Source: the human T2T-CHM13v2.0 reference genome, Homo sapiens
Reading direction: 5' to 3' (one strand)
DNA length: 64,000 nucleotides
Assembly: GCF_009914755.1 (NCBI RefSeq)
Contig: NC_060926.1
Notes under the pieces: model-generated
Seen by the model: the letters and a program-made list of their open reading frames with translations, nothing else
Told to the model about the DNA's origin: nothing
Database searches by the model: none
Shown here: positions 1 through 64,000 of the stretch, piece after piece
Position numbering within the stretch: the stretch's first letter is position 1
Layout of the letters: every line of letters begins with the position of its first letter
Translations under genes and position numbers: made by a program

Positions 1-433
1 GAAGAAGATTAGATTTTGGCTGCTCCAGGAACTACTGGAAGCAGGATAGATTGCTAGAATTGTGATAACCCACAGTGACTCATTACCCCTCTTTGTTACT
101 ATTGGGCATCAGAGATATATGTTTTGTTGGTATTAGCTATTCAAATAGGCTAATCATGAATATGCATATATTTGCTTTGTTTTTAAAGGAACTAACTTTT
201 GGATAAAATAGCAATTTAATGAAAATAGTTTAGAGAATAACATGATCCTTCAAACCAGACTATTTTAGAAACAAAAATAATGTTGAATTCATTAATTGAC
301 TCCTAAAGTGGTTATTTTCAATGAATATCAGAGCAATTTCCAAATGGAAAAGCTTATTCATATCTAATGATTTCAGTAACTTTATTTTGTATAAGTATGC
401 CAAATTTGATGGTTTATTATACTTTTTGATGAG

Positions 434-533
434 GTTTGTATATTATACTTTCTTGCCATGAGTGGGTGAAGAAACTTTCTGAAGGCTAAACTAGAGGATC
501 CAAGAAATGTAGGCACATTATGACACCACAGGG
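434..533 (+). pseudogene. Fossil exon (ANKRD26-like), example copy; one per 1.87-kb unit
   Basis: gag|...ATA CTT TCT TGC c ATG AGT GGG TGA AGA AAC TTT CTG AAG GCT AAA CTA GAG GAT CCA AGA AAT GTA GGC...G|gtgtga. Resembles recalled ANKRD26 IPSCMSGSRNFKMAKLEDTRNVG, with a +1 frameshift and a TGA stop. Confidence 0.75.
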
Positions 534-1117
534 GTGTGAGAAATAAGGAATATTATATGCTAGGATTCACCAAACATATATTTAAGCTGATCAATTCGGA
601 ACACTTCCACAGAGCACTTGGGAAGTGTACATTCAACTAAAGTGCCATTGTCCTTGTGTACCTGCTCAATTGTCAGGCAAGTTTAAGAGCATGATAAATA
701 TTTGTAGTATAATGGTATAAATCCCTCTGATGTGTTACATGAAAAACATGCAGGAGCAATAATCACCTGCTTCGACATTGATTCCCAAGTGTATGAGTCA
801 CTGCTCTGATTTTAGATCACATTTGTCCTCATCACTCGGCATATCCACATTGATATAGACACTGTTTTATTGTAGTAATAGACATGTGAAGAATAATATC
901 ACATATGAAATTGGAAGTGTTTGTTGCGTGAAGACTATACTTCTGTTTTCTACAGTGTAATTCTGTCATGTTCCTGTCCCAATACACAAAGTAGAAAACA
1001 TCAAAGCCTATGCTAATTCAGGCAGGAGGATACAGCTTGATGGTAACACTGCATGAAAGTATGGATAACTTTATCATATTTACATATGAGTGATTATGTA
1101 TCCCTTTTGGTTTTCAG

Positions 1118-62780
<61,663 letters not shown>

Positions 62781-64000
62781 TAAGAAGTTCTCTTCCCCAA
62801 GTAAATCAGCGGGGGGCTCATCGAAGCTGCACTTTCTGATTCAGCAGGCCGGAGATTCTTCATTTGTAGTACGTTCTTGGGTGATGCTGATGCTGCTGGT
62901 CTGGAACATGATCTTCGCTGTAAGATTATACACTTCCCCACGTTGAAGTTGGGAAGAAGATATATGGAGAGCAGTTGAAGACATAAGGGTCTCTGGGGAA
63001 CAGCATAGTTTTGCTTTAATCCTCCAGCTTGTTTTCACTAAGGGTGGAAGGAGAAAGAGAGGAAGTATCGATTTTACAGATGTCACATCATACTGCTAAA
63101 AACAGACAGAAAACTTGTTGTAATAACCCGTACACTCTGTAGGAGAACTAAGGAGACCCCTGGTGTAGCAATCACTTTCCCAAAGAAGACGGATTGTGAG
63201 GCAGGAAGGTGTGAAAAGAAGAAGTCATTTATATAATTTTGGGGTTTCTGCTGAGGAAACCTGAGTGAACTCACTTCAGATGCATTTGGAATATTTTAAT
63301 AAAAAGTACTTGATTTTGGCTGCTTCAGGAACTGCTGGAAGAAGGAAGCAATCCTAGAATTGGCATAAAAACACACTGACTCATTACTCCCCTTTGTTAC
63401 TATTAGGCATCAGAGATACATGTTTTGTTGATTTTAGGTATAGAAATCAGACAAACTTGAATCTGAATACATTGGTTTCCTTGTTCAAGGAGCCACCTCT
63501 TGGATACAATAGCTATTTCATGAAACTTCTTTAGGGAACAACATGATACTCCCAAGAAGGCTATTTTAGAAACAAAAATTATGCTGGATTCTAATTAACT
63601 CCTAAAATGCTCATTTTCAATGAATATTGCAGTGATTTCTGAATGAAAAACTGATCAATATCTAATGCTTGTAGCAGTCTTACTTTGTATGTGTATGTCA
63701 AAATTGATAATTGATGATATTTTTATTGAGGCTAATATATTATCCTTTGTTGCCATGACTGGATGAAGAAACTTTCGGAAGGCTAAACTAGTGGATACAA
63801 GAAACTTAGGCAGATTATTGCACCATATGGGGGTGAGAGATAATGAATATTATCTACTAGGTATCAGCAAACAGATATCCAAGGTGATGAATTTAGGTCA
63901 CTTCCACTGAAGAGATGTGAAGTGTACGTTCAACTGAATTGTCATGGTAATTGTGTGCCTTCTCAGTTATTGGGCAAGTTAAAGAGCATGATGAATGTTT

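Overview
Primate (human-like) genomic DNA from the middle of an ANKRD36-family gene (best match ANKRD36) on the + strand. None of its coding sequence is visible in the ORF track because it is split into 44 tiny exons (29-73 nt). By hand these splice GT-AG into one stop-free 2262-nt frame (754 codons). The gene is built from phase-1 symmetric modules: a displaced 1.87-kb repeat unit, a ~6-kb tandem duplication (31/67/61-nt exons), two unique exons, two ancient ~3.3-kb units, a 12-kb L1-rich intron, and then 15 tandem ~1.87-kb units, each encoding a 34-aa repeat from a 29+73-nt exon pair. The most notable signals are: (i) duplicated exons diverge several-fold faster than their flanking introns, almost entirely by amino-acid changes; (ii) a dead ANKRD26-like ~100-nt exon sits in every 1.87-kb unit; (iii) two exons appear shortened by new 5' donors, one of them avoiding stop codons; (iv) a trimeric higher-order repeat with chimeric junctions; (v) nested and twin-primed L1 insertions. 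Comparisons with ANKRD36 and ANKRD26 proteins are from memory, not from a search. All counts are by hand.
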